Below, one piece after another: positions 46,601 through 55,515 of a DNA stretch of 64,000 bases (its first letter is position 1; each line of letters opens with the position of its first letter). The notes beneath the pieces are model-generated. The model searched no databases. It saw only the letters and a program-made list of their open reading frames with translations, and was not told the origin of the DNA. The position numbers and the translations under genes were made by a program. This DNA comes from a candidate division WOR-3 bacterium (GTDB taxonomy: Bacteria > Hydrothermota > 32-111): assembly GCA_037481815.1 (NCBI GenBank), contig JBBFKX010000003.1:220278-284277 (forward strand). Direction: 5' to 3'.

Positions 46601-47102
46601 TTATTCCCGCTGACTCTTCAAGGAGATTTCTTAAAGCATCCGCTCTATCGTTTACAATATCCTCTATCAAAGATTTTTTAAACAATGAATATGTTTTTGT
46701 TCCAAGTCCCATCTCAGCAAGAAGGTGCTGAACATCTTTTAATCTCACACTCTCTTTGTTTATAAGATATTGTGATTCACCGGATTTATAAATTTTTCTT
46801 TCTATCTCTATTTCAGTAAAATTCAAAGGCAATTCCCCATCGTCGTTAACAAATTTTACAGAAACAGATGCAAGGTTTGATGGTGATCTCTTGTTTGTTC
46901 CATCAAAAATAAGGTCTTCGTGGAGTGTTGCTCTTAACTCTTTCGCTGATTGTTCCCCCAGAACCCATCTTATCGCATCAACGATGTTTGATTTACCCGA
47001 CCCATTCGGACCAACAAAACCGGTGATTCCCCTTTCAAATCTTATCGTTATGGGGTCTGGAAATGACTTAAATCCATAGATCCTCAACTCACTTAAATAC
47101 AA
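43644..47102 (-). CDS. smc: Chromosome segregation protein SMC
   Basis: GFKSF, GPNGSGKSN, long coiled coils, GPVNELA, DEIDAP, ITHN; adjacent to ftsY. Confidence 0.93.
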   Translation of the reverse strand: MYLSELRIYGFKSFPDPITIRFERGITGFVGPNGSGKSNIVDAIRWVLGEQSAKELRATLHEDLIFDGTNKRSPSNLASVSVKFVNDDGELPLNFTEIEIERKIYKSGESQYLINKESVRLKDVQHLLAEMGLGTKTYSLFKKSLIEDIVNDRADALRNLLEESAGITIYKNSKKETLRKLIATQENLNRINDLIMEIEKNAKELKKQAGRTKKYFEMKTLYQNLSQDYYRKKNVKLEEELLKIEKLIDEKNQRIGNFHKEIENIKKLIEEKRNEKYEFENQLEIKLGEKESLQNNLFELKNSVSILNERIKGLETQIKNKEEFKEKITEEMPLKRERLKNDVEKVENLKRRIEKIENDRNSLGENDVETVYRKSENEFEQISSRIRKIDGEIVVLNSKVNSLKTRIEYEENIIEEKKKELDEENKKSETNIVELEKLKKEKVEILNQIEKIKEEINEIDSKRQVLRSKEKELYDRRDLLNKNIIVEKTKIEHIEQRIKETKESFKDVLKILQKDDIELIRNLVKPKEGYEQVVETALSVILNGIVLKKDDIEKLKGKVTPQVQIILKDLNYKKNESEDVNLLSNYIDGPDFIKEYFSNFKIVDSIDFDNLNNDNYLITKDGFLVTPDKIFIKSGEVKVLNFVNEIESCHKNINEYEKEIEQVQKQIDEIKNEIKDLNSNYDKKKNQLNELSAKEKFTLESLKAFEKNVEAKKSYILKIEEKIKEINEKKLGYEKEMDDSKEKIKELEQEKEKLLGEVKRIEEEFTKKRDEYIVFKNRKDEIENVYRELLKEKENVERDIKEIENILTGYEKEVSSFNSFFEEAKSQIKKYENEIENKEEKIIGLEKSVETIDDQIKDLNERIDEIESILKEEEEKEEELRNLIEEITRENEENLLARERVLIEKKNNDEKIDLNFEIDYDLISKYLDTEEEEIKFLDEKIKNFGPVNELAFQEYTETSARLEEILKQKEDVVQSKDNLEKTIKTLDAKAKLLFSQYFDTIRVSFKELFSEIYKNGKADIILVDEENPLESDINIIFEPGEKKIGNLIKLSEGERGMMIVILLFAMYMVKPTPVCIMDEIDAPFDDATVENFSNLLRKFRDKTQFIIITHNKRTMEFCDFLFGVTMEESGVTNVFSLNLQTISERFLKDATS

Positions 47103-47126
47103 TTATCCTCCATTTTTTAACATTTC

Positions 47127-47155
47127 CTTATACCAAAAAGTGATGTAAGTGTCAA
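47127..47155 (-). promoter_or_regulatory. Sigma70-type promoter for smc-ftsY
   Basis: Minus strand TTGACA-N17-TATAAG with TGn extension, followed by a GGAGG RBS. Confidence 0.55.
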
Positions 47156-47157
47156 TA

Positions 47158-48288
47158 TTAAAAACCAATTTCATCCTCAAGATGTTTTAATACAAGATCT
47201 GATGTATTTTTTCTCTCATAGAAAAGGTTTTTGACTTTCTTTTCAAAATATCCATTCACTTTTAACTCTTTTATCTTATCATACACATTTTTTATCTCTT
47301 CTGCCTGATATCCGGTTTTGAAAACCGAATCAGCAAGTGGTCTCCCATCCTGCCTTTTCCCGATAAGTATTGATGGGACACCCAGATATGGTGTTTCTAT
47401 AAGAAGTGACGATGAATTTCCCATAACTGCAAACGAATTTTTTATAAGTGATATATACTTTCTAAAACCCAGATGTGGAACAAAAGATATATCATGTTTC
47501 AAAGAAATTATATGTTTTAACCTTTTCAGTATATATTCTTCACCTTTGTCAGGATTTGGAGAAGTACATAGAACAGGTATATCAACTTCAAGTAAAAATT
47601 TTTCCAGTCCATTAAACTGCTCTTTAATATCAACAGCACTTTTCGTTTCAGGATGAAAGGTGAAAAGTAAATATTTTCCTTTTTCAAGATCTATTTTTAA
47701 ATCTTTCAAAACATTTTCAAACGGTTCCATTTCAATCGAATCTATGTACTCAAGTATTGGATCACCAACATTAAAAATCCTCTTTTCAGTTTTCAAAAAT
47801 TCAACAAGATTCTTTTTAAAGATCTCTCCCGAAACAAAATGAATATAAGAATTCAGCGAAAGCATCTTTCTTATATTATCATCTATTGCACCTTTCGTTT
47901 CCTCACCACCTGAAATATGTATTATCTTTTTATCCATTATTAAAGAAAGGTTAATCACAGGTAAAAGTTCTATCCTGTCTCCAAGAACCATTACATAATC
48001 GGTTTTTGTCATCTTTATAAGTGTTCTCAACTTTTTTTCAAAAGACACAAGCGAGTTAAAAAGTTTTGCTTCGGATCTCCAGTTGATCGTTGTTTTGATT
48101 TTATAATCAACCTTTATCCCTTCTTCTTTTATCTCATCAAAGGAGTATCCTTTTTCTTTATCAAAATGTGATCCTGAAGCAACAAAAAAAGTGTTTATTT
48201 TTTTTGAATTTTTTAATTTTTCAAGAATAAGTTTTAAATGTGAAAAATCGGACCTGTTCGTTGACAGGATCATCAAATTTGGTTTCAT
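47158..48288 (-). CDS. neuC: UDP-N-acetylglucosamine 2-epimerase (hydrolysing, NeuC-like)
   Basis: LGDRIE, HISGGE..GAIDD, TFHP, PNPD, GNSSS, GKRQDGR. Confidence 0.8.
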   Translation of the reverse strand: MKPNLMILSTNRSDFSHLKLILEKLKNSKKINTFFVASGSHFDKEKGYSFDEIKEEGIKVDYKIKTTINWRSEAKLFNSLVSFEKKLRTLIKMTKTDYVMVLGDRIELLPVINLSLIMDKKIIHISGGEETKGAIDDNIRKMLSLNSYIHFVSGEIFKKNLVEFLKTEKRIFNVGDPILEYIDSIEMEPFENVLKDLKIDLEKGKYLLFTFHPETKSAVDIKEQFNGLEKFLLEVDIPVLCTSPNPDKGEEYILKRLKHIISLKHDISFVPHLGFRKYISLIKNSFAVMGNSSSLLIETPYLGVPSILIGKRQDGRPLADSVFKTGYQAEEIKNVYDKIKELKVNGYFEKKVKNLFYERKNTSDLVLKHLEDEIGF

Positions 48289-49475
48289 AAGACAAAAAGT
48301 AGAAACGATTTTAAATATTCGGTTTCTTTGAAATTGAGTAGAGATGAATGGTCAACAGGTAAAAAGGTTCTTTTAATGATCTTCACATCCCTTTTTGAAT
48401 CTCTTATCGCTTTTTCTATAATTTCTTTGAACATTATTTCATTGACAACAGATGTACACGATGATGTGAACACAAAACTTTCCTTTTTAACTTTTTTTAA
48501 CACTGTTGAATTTAAAAATTTATACGCTTTGACCGCTTTTTCGGTTTCGGTTGTATGTTTTGCAAAAGATGGTGGATCGATTACGATAACATCATATTTT
48601 GAAAGATTTTCGTTCGTTACAAAATCAAAAAGGTCTGCCTGAACATTAACATTTTTTTCTTTAGAAAACTTGTTTAATTCAATATTTTTTTCAACAAGGT
48701 CAAGCGCCGACTTTGAAATATCAACTGAAACTGTTCCTGCTGCCCCATTTGCAAGAGCGTATATTGTAAAACCTCCAGAATAGGAACATAAATTCAACAC
48801 ATGATTTTGAAGTGATATTTTTCCAACAAGTTCTCTATTCTCTCTCTGATCAAGGTAAAATCCTGTTTTATGTCCATAAAGCAGATCAACATAAAAAAGC
48901 ATTCCATTTTCACTGAATATCTGAACATTATTTTGAACCTTACCATACAGAATTTTCTGATTTTCGTTCAACTTATATTTTTCACAATGTTCGACATTGT
49001 AAGTTTCAGGTGTTGTTCGATCGATTATTGCGACCGGCTTAAAAACTTTTTGAAGTGCGGAAACGATTATATCTCTTCTTTTTATAACACCAGCACAATT
49101 CGTTTGAATAACAATGTTTCTGTTGTAAACATCAACTATAAGTCCGGGAATAAAATCTGCTTCAGAAAATACAAGGCGATACATGTTTGTGTTAAACGAA
49201 AGTATCTTCCTTTTGTACTTTTGAAGTTGGATGAACCTCTGAACAAAAAAATCTTCATCAACAACAATCTTTGACTTTGAGATGACTCTAATCGCTATGG
49301 AATTTTTTGGTGATACAAAGCCGGTTCCAAGAAATTTTTTTTCACAGAAAATGTAAACTACCTCTCCATTTTCATAATCCTGAAGAGGGGAGTCAATTTT
49401 CCCTGAAAAAATCCATGGATGTCCAGCAAGTATCGCATTCCTTGCACTTTTGTTGACTTCTATCTTTTTATACAT
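48285..49475 (-). CDS. rlmI: RlmI-family rRNA m5C methyltransferase
   Basis: GHPWIFS, PGLIVD, GHKTGFYLDQRENR, SYSGGF, DPPSF, SSC, EYLK. Confidence 0.88.
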   Translation of the reverse strand: MYKKIEVNKSARNAILAGHPWIFSGKIDSPLQDYENGEVVYIFCEKKFLGTGFVSPKNSIAIRVISKSKIVVDEDFFVQRFIQLQKYKRKILSFNTNMYRLVFSEADFIPGLIVDVYNRNIVIQTNCAGVIKRRDIIVSALQKVFKPVAIIDRTTPETYNVEHCEKYKLNENQKILYGKVQNNVQIFSENGMLFYVDLLYGHKTGFYLDQRENRELVGKISLQNHVLNLCSYSGGFTIYALANGAAGTVSVDISKSALDLVEKNIELNKFSKEKNVNVQADLFDFVTNENLSKYDVIVIDPPSFAKHTTETEKAVKAYKFLNSTVLKKVKKESFVFTSSCTSVVNEIMFKEIIEKAIRDSKRDVKIIKRTFLPVDHSSLLNFKETEYLKSFLLFVL

Positions 49476-49508
49476 ATAATTTTCCTTAAATAGTGATTAT
49501 AAGTTAAA

Positions 49509-50135
49509 ATGAAAAAAAATAAAGTATTTTTTTTAATTTTTTTCTCCTTTTTTGTCTTCTCTAAAACATTTTCAGAGTTGATAACAGATATATTTTACCT
49601 TCCAATAGATGTTGAAAACAGAAGAGTTTTAAAAAGTTATTATATAAACCCTGAAGGTGATTTTGGAATCTGGAGAAAACCATACAAAGGGATAAAAGGA
49701 CATTATCATACAGGAATAGATCTCAAAAATCCTGGAAGTAAAAAAGGTGCTTTAGAACCAATATTTTCATGTGGTGTTGGGATTGTAAAATCGGTCATAA
49801 AAAATGGGCCTTCATCAACAGTTATAATCGAACATACTTTAAGAAACAAGAAAAAAGTATATTCAGTTTACCTGCACATTTCAGATATTATGGTGAACAT
49901 AAACGACACTGTAGATGAAAAAACTGTTCTGGGATCATTTATAGATTATAAAAACCTTGATAAATGGGGAGAATTTTTAGACCATCTTCATTTTGAGATG
50001 TTGAAAGTTCCTCCAAAATTTGTAGGATTTGACAGGGGTGATTCAATCTTCAACTCCTATTCTATAAACATAAAAAGAAAAGATGAAATAGATGACTTTT
50101 ATTTCGATCCAAAAATATTTTTCATAAGGTATTAA
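49509..50135 (+). CDS. M23 family peptidase
   Basis: Signal peptide; HTGID, YLH, HLHFE. Confidence 0.8.
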   Translation: MKKNKVFFLIFFSFFVFSKTFSELITDIFYLPIDVENRRVLKSYYINPEGDFGIWRKPYKGIKGHYHTGIDLKNPGSKKGALEPIFSCGVGIVKSVIKNGPSSTVIIEHTLRNKKKVYSVYLHISDIMVNINDTVDEKTVLGSFIDYKNLDKWGEFLDHLHFEMLKVPPKFVGFDRGDSIFNSYSINIKRKDEIDDFYFDPKIFFIRY

Positions 50136-50147
50136 AAGGGGGAAAAA

Positions 50148-52313
50148 ATTAAAAAGTTTTTTACAGTTCTCATAATGGTTTCATCATTGATAATATCTTC
50201 AAAAGAGATCGTTAGGATAAACAGAGATGATTTTCAGAAAGTATCATCAATGTTTAAATTTATAGATGTAGCAGGAAGAGCAAACGATCAAACAGTTGAT
50301 ATCGTTATGGATGAAGATCAGATAACAACCTTGAAAAATAGTGGTGTCAAATATTTTATAGTTGAAAAAAAGTTTTATAAAGATGTTTATCCAACAACAG
50401 CACAGGTTTACGATTCGATAACAAAACTTGCTACAAACTTTTCACAACTCGTTGATGTTGAAACTATTGGAACAACCTATAATAATAGACCCATAGTCAT
50501 TATGAAAATAAACGGGAAAAATCCCGATACATGTCTTGTGAGATACCAGTTCTTTTTGGTGGCAAACCACCATGCTCGAGAATGGCAGACGATTTCAACC
50601 TCTCTATTTTTTGTTGATTCAATTTTAAGAGCATACACCACAAACAGTTCAATAAAAAGGTTGATAGATTCAACTTTTATTGTTGTTCTTCCAATGCTAA
50701 ATCCTGATGGATATTACTATTCAAGGGATCAGAACAACGAACTATGGAGGAAGAATAGAACTTTGAGAAATTCAATTTATGGAGTTGACCTGAACAGAAA
50801 CTATCCTGGACAGGTCAACGGTGATATCAGGGGAGAATGGGGTGCAATCTACAATTCAAGCACAACACACTATCCTTCTTCTGATGTTTATTGCGGCCCA
50901 TACTCTGCTTCTGAAAGAGAGGTTCAATCGTTGATGAACCTTATCAAGAGGTTTTCTTTCAACATTTCAATTTCACTCCATTCTTACAGTGAACTTGTCC
51001 TGTACCCTTATGGTGCAACATCAGACACTGCACCTGATAATACACTTTTAAGTTCTCTTGCAACAAAGATAGCATCAAAAATGACAAAACAAACATCGGG
51101 AACATACACACCCGAAAAATCTGACGCTCTATATCCAACTTCTGGTGATTCTGATGGGTGGATATATGGTTATACTAAATTTGTTAAGGGTTTTACAACT
51201 CTTCCTTTCACTTTTGAAATCGACACTGGATTCTCACCACCAACAACTACTCTTGCTCAACTCCATAGAAGAGTTTTTCCTGGAATACTCTATTCAGCAT
51301 TTTTATGCGAATCTGTTTATGGTCTTCCAAAAGAGGTCCCATTAAAACCTGTCGTTGGTTCAGACGGGAATCAAATTTATTGGAATTTAACAAATTCAAA
51401 TAAAGCGGATTATTACAAAGTTGAAGTTTTTGATTCAGTTTACACATATCAAGATAGTTTGAATGGATCGGTTGATTCGATAATTTCTTCTGACTATAAA
51501 ACTTTCAGAATCGAACTTTCAAAAACTTCACCTTATTCAGCACCTTATTCATTGAGACCATTGAAAAAAGATACAACAATATCTTCTCTTGAATTCTTTG
51601 ATAGGTTTTTTGTTCAAAATAGCAATGATTCTCTAACTTTTTATATGTCGTATGACCTTGAAACCAACTATGATAAAGCATTTTTAGAGTACTCTTATGA
51701 TGGTTTTTATTATGAACCACTCGATACAATCAACGGTATTTTTACTGGTACAAACACAACATGGAGAAGATATTCTTATCCTTTATCAAGATTTTTAAAC
51801 AAGGAAATTTCTATAAGGTTGAAAACTGTTTACGATGACGCAACCATAAATACAAACGGAGTAAAAATAGACAATATCTATCCAATAACCACCTCAAAAA
51901 CAAGAACCGTTTTATACCCATCAAACACTGACACATTCATATCAACCGATGATACTTTAAAATATTATTTGATTACACCACATAACAACACTGTTGGATT
52001 CACTCAGAAATCTGATAGATTTTTCTTCTATTCTTTAAGATCTATAATAAAAGATTCTCTCCCTGATATTGAAGATGATGGTGTTTTGTCGATAAATTTT
52101 TCAAGCAGAATTCTAACGATAAACAATCTATCAAACTCTATAAAACATTTGAAAATAAACATTTTTGATATCACAGGTCGAAAAGTTTTCTATAAAAATT
52201 TCAAAGTTGAAAGACATATAGATTTTGACCTTAACTTTTTGAACTCTGGGAAATATTTCCTTGTTGTTGATGGAGATAAAACATTCAAAGAGGGCTTGTT
52301 GATTTTGAAATAG
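50148..52313 (+). CDS. Secreted M14 carboxypeptidase with T9SS-type C-terminal domain (paralog of 15803-17968)
   Basis: HHAREW, WRKNR, GVDLNRNY, SLHSY, FTFEI; ends FDITGR...SGKYFL...LILK. Start proposed at ATT 50148; first ATG is 50175. Confidence 0.85.
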   Translation: MKKFFTVLIMVSSLIISSKEIVRINRDDFQKVSSMFKFIDVAGRANDQTVDIVMDEDQITTLKNSGVKYFIVEKKFYKDVYPTTAQVYDSITKLATNFSQLVDVETIGTTYNNRPIVIMKINGKNPDTCLVRYQFFLVANHHAREWQTISTSLFFVDSILRAYTTNSSIKRLIDSTFIVVLPMLNPDGYYYSRDQNNELWRKNRTLRNSIYGVDLNRNYPGQVNGDIRGEWGAIYNSSTTHYPSSDVYCGPYSASEREVQSLMNLIKRFSFNISISLHSYSELVLYPYGATSDTAPDNTLLSSLATKIASKMTKQTSGTYTPEKSDALYPTSGDSDGWIYGYTKFVKGFTTLPFTFEIDTGFSPPTTTLAQLHRRVFPGILYSAFLCESVYGLPKEVPLKPVVGSDGNQIYWNLTNSNKADYYKVEVFDSVYTYQDSLNGSVDSIISSDYKTFRIELSKTSPYSAPYSLRPLKKDTTISSLEFFDRFFVQNSNDSLTFYMSYDLETNYDKAFLEYSYDGFYYEPLDTINGIFTGTNTTWRRYSYPLSRFLNKEISIRLKTVYDDATINTNGVKIDNIYPITTSKTRTVLYPSNTDTFISTDDTLKYYLITPHNNTVGFTQKSDRFFFYSLRSIIKDSLPDIEDDGVLSINFSSRILTINNLSNSIKHLKINIFDITGRKVFYKNFKVERHIDFDLNFLNSGKYFLVVDGDKTFKEGLLILK

Positions 52314-52314
52314 A

Positions 52315-53085
52315 TTAAAAAGTATCGAGCACTATTTTTACAAAAAGGATTGCAAGAACCAAAACAAAAAATATTTTGATCAACTGGTTCCCCTTTTGAA
52401 CAGCAAACCTTGAACCCAGAAGATTTCCTGCGATTCCACAGATTGCAGCGGGAATTCCTATCAAAAATAGAACTTTTCCATTTATGATAAAGGTGATAAG
52501 AGCAGCAACATTTGACGAAAGGTTCACAACTTTTGTATTTCCGTTGCTCATTCTGAAATCATACTTTAAAAGTAAAGAAAAGAACAGAATCAAAAAAGTC
52601 CCGGTTCCAGGTCCAAAAAATCCATCATAAAAACCAATTGTCAAACCTGCCAGAGATGATAGAAAAATCGCTTTTTTCCCATCGATACTTTTGGATCTAT
52701 CAACCATGCCAAAATCTTTTTTTATTAACACAAAAATCGTTATAACTGGTATCAGAAACAAGAGAATATATCTAAGAAAATCTGGTTTAATCAAAAGAAC
52801 TGTCTTCGCTCCAAGAGACGAACCCAGAAGTGCAAATACTCCCGCTGTCAGAGCAACTTTCAGATCAATCATTCTGTTCTGCTTGTATGTTATGGTGGCA
52901 AAAAGGGTTCCAAATGTTGATGAAAATTTGTTTGTTCCAAGAGCAAAGTGCGGAGGAATACCAGCAGCAAGATATGCTGGAACAGAAATGAGTCCTCCTC
53001 CACCAGCGATAGAATCAATAAAACCTGCAATAAAAATTGATGGTAAAATTATCAGAAGTTTTACAACATATTCATTAAAAATCAT
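52315..53085 (-). CDS. TSUP (YfcA-like) permease
   Basis: GFIDSIAGGGGLI, GTNK, GFYDGFFGPGTG, NLSSN. Confidence 0.92.
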   Translation of the reverse strand: MIFNEYVVKLLIILPSIFIAGFIDSIAGGGGLISVPAYLAAGIPPHFALGTNKFSSTFGTLFATITYKQNRMIDLKVALTAGVFALLGSSLGAKTVLLIKPDFLRYILLFLIPVITIFVLIKKDFGMVDRSKSIDGKKAIFLSSLAGLTIGFYDGFFGPGTGTFLILFFSLLLKYDFRMSNGNTKVVNLSSNVAALITFIINGKVLFLIGIPAAICGIAGNLLGSRFAVQKGNQLIKIFFVLVLAILFVKIVLDTF

Positions 53086-53234
53086 TGTATTATTTTATGA
53101 AAACTTCTATGGAAATCAACACTTTTTTAAAAAGTTTCAACTCTCAAAAGTTTTTATTTTAAATATATTTGCATTAAATATTTTCCAAAAATGTCAAAAA
53201 GTCAAGCACCGTCCCGGATAAAATTTAAAAATCG

Positions 53235-53287
53235 GTAGCCGCAACCTTTAGGTTGCGTAAATTTCGCAGGCTAAAGCCTGCGACTAC
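53235..53287. repeat. GTAG-type REP doublet (inverted pair of hairpins)
   Basis: GTAGCCGCAACCTTTAGGTTGCG...CGCAGGCTAAAGCCTGCGACTAC. Confidence 0.85.
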
Positions 53288-53339
53288 AGGTTTGTAAAAA
53301 TGTCAAAAAGTCAAGCACCGTCCCTGGGTTTAAAATTTA

Positions 53340-54370
53340 TTAATCATATTCGTGGGATCTGCCCCAGTTTGCTTTTTCTAATTCATCATTTAGACTTTCA
53401 AAGAGTGAATTCAATTTTGTCAATACACTTTTTACTTCGCTTTCATTAAACTCATCTCTTTTCTTCGAAATTGTTTCATAGTAAAGTTTTGCCCAATATT
53501 TTCCGCGCTTTCCCCACTTTTTATTGATAAAAATTGAGTTATCATTTTTATATTGTAATTTGTAAATTTTATTTATCAACCTCTTTAATATGTTTCTTCT
53601 TTTTCTTAATGAAGTGTCTTTTTGCTTTGGTTTTCCCAGTTCGATATGAAATCCAATTTCAATTTTTCTTCCTTTTTCTCTTTTATTCACACTCTTTAAC
53701 CAAACTTCATAATGTAAACTTGGATTACCTTTAATCCTTTTAAATTTAACACTTCTGTTATGTTCGATCTTTGCTTCTAAATAACTTTTTACTTTTTCCT
53801 GAATTAAAAACCTTTCAGAAATTTCATTTAAGAATTCTTCTGTGTTATATTTTTTTTCTATACTTATTTCTTTAACCAGAGGTTCATAATAAATTGCCAC
53901 TTTTCCTTTTCTTGCAAAACAAATTCCTATATATTTAGCAAAATCTCCAATATTTTCTTTTACTATTTCTATCGAGTATTCCAATTGTGTTTTAAATTCC
54001 AGGGGTAATACAACATAAAATTTTGCTTTTATTGATCGCTTTTCAAAGAAAAATTGTAATTGATTTAGATTCACCTTTAAAAAATCATTTACAACCTGCA
54101 AAAAATAAAATCCATCATTTTGAATAAGTGACATGTAAGATATAAGTTGACCTATTGCATGTCCTAAACCAGAAATGCTGTTAACATTTTTCCCTCACAA
54201 ATATAAAAACATTTTTCATTGCTATTATAACCTAAAACATCAAGTCGAATGTTGGAAAATTTGAATTCTGTTTGAACAGAATTACATTTTATTTTTCTTC
54301 TAAAATATTTTGCTACTGGTTTATTTAAACTTTTTTCTTCTTTTTGCTCTTTTTTGTTTTTTCTATTCAA
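53340..54370 (-). pseudogene. PD-(D/E)XK nuclease-like gene split by a -1 frameshift
   Basis: ORF 54164-54370 has RLDVLGY...ICEGK. The -1 frame continues NVNSISGLGHAIGQLISY into ORF 53340-54134. Confidence 0.7.
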
Positions 54371-54432
54371 TTATCCCTCTTCTATTCAGAAATAAAATAC
54401 CCCCAAAATGTCAAAAAGTCAAGCACCGTCCC

Positions 54433-54543
54433 CAGGTTTTCCAACATTTCTTTAAATTCGATCAACTTTCATCAGGTATATATTTTGTTAAACTGAAAGA
54501 TGGAGATACACATATAAACAGAAAAGTTTTTGTAATAAAATAG
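54433..54543 (+). pseudogene. Orphan 3' fragment of a T9SS-cargo gene (C-terminal domain only)
   Basis: QVFQHFFKFDQLSSGIYFVKLKDGDTHINRKVFVIK* starts right after repeat copy 3. Confidence 0.7.
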
Positions 54544-54587
54544 TATCTACAGGTTCAGAAAACTTTTAAATATTTGTCATGCATAAT

Positions 54588-54615
54588 AAAAAGGGGTAAA
54601 AATTACCCCTTTTTT
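54588..54615. terminator. Intrinsic terminator
   Basis: AAAAAGGGGTAA-AAA-TTACCCCTTTTTT. Confidence 0.8.
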
Positions 54616-54732
54616 AATATTTTTCTATTGTTTCCACAACTCTCAAACTCCTTTATTGATGAGCATTTTCAACTGCTTATTCCCAAAAATGTCAAAAAGT
54701 CAAGCACCGTCCCTGATAAAATTTAAAAATCG

Positions 54733-54800
54733 GTAGCCGCACCCTTTAGGGTGCGATATGTATTTTATGTTTTTTCTCTCAGGCTAAAGCCTGAGGCTAC
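54733..54800. repeat. GTAG-type REP doublet (variant)
   Basis: GTAGCCGCACCCTTTAGGGTGCG...CTCAGGCTAAAGCCTGAGGCTAC. Confidence 0.85.
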
Positions 54801-54832
54801 AATTTTTAAATCCTTTTAAAATTCCTCGTTTG

Positions 54833-54885
54833 GTAGCCGCAACCTTTAGGTTGCGTAAATTTCACAGGCTAAAGCCTGCGCCTAC
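54833..54885. repeat. GTAG-type REP doublet
   Basis: GTAGCCGCAACCTTTAGGTTGCG...CACAGGCTAAAGCCTGCGCCTAC; near-identical to 53235-53287. Confidence 0.85.
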
Positions 54886-54908
54886 AGGTTTGTAAAAATG
54901 TCAAAAAG

Positions 54909-55475
54909 TCAAGCACCGTCCCCGAAGTAACTCCACTCTTCGAATTTTGTACTAAGAGGGTTTATTTTTACTTTTATATCTTTTGTTTGAAGTACTATAT
55001 ACTCATCTACAATCTTTTCATAAAAATCATTTTTTAAAAGATCTTTTTTTAATTTTTCTTTTTTATTTTTATCTAAATAAACTGCGGTTTCTAGTTCTAT
55101 CCTTAAAGGAATGAATAAATTGTATAGTTCGAAAAGACATTTAAATTGGAATTCTACTTTCTTTCTTATATTTTCATCTACCATCTTTGTTTTTTCTAAA
55201 TATTCTGCTACATTTTGATAAGTTTTAATCAGGGTTTTTTTGATTTTTCTTATCTCTTCTCTTCTTTCTTTTTCACCAAAAGTTTTATATGTCCACCAGG
55301 CAGAAAAAATCGAAATTATAATGATTGTAAGTATTTGTAGTATTATTAGAATCTCTTTTATAATCGAGAGATGCCTGTTCAACCAACGAAAATTAAGTAA
55401 AATAACAATGCTGAATATAATTAAAATACTCACAATAAAGAAAAAGATGAATAAATTTTTTACTTTTGTTTTCAT
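54909..55475 (-). CDS. Hypothetical 2-TM membrane protein whose stop codon lies inside repeat copy 5
   Basis: GGAGG RBS; two N-terminal hydrophobic helices; ends ...FGDGA* encoded by the repeat. Confidence 0.6.
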   Translation of the reverse strand: MKTKVKNLFIFFFIVSILIIFSIVILLNFRWLNRHLSIIKEILIILQILTIIIISIFSAWWTYKTFGEKERREEIRKIKKTLIKTYQNVAEYLEKTKMVDENIRKKVEFQFKCLFELYNLFIPLRIELETAVYLDKNKKEKLKKDLLKNDFYEKIVDEYIVLQTKDIKVKINPLSTKFEEWSYFGDGA

Positions 55476-55515
55476 TAAACCCCTCCTTTATAGATTTTTA
55501 TAAAAAATTATTACT

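Noticed and set aside
52691..54543. ORFs 52691-53221 and 54310-54543 sharing the peptide KCQKVKHRP
   Set aside because: The peptide is just the translated 29-bp repeat. The first ORF is antisense to the TSUP gene, and only the 3' part of the second looks coding.
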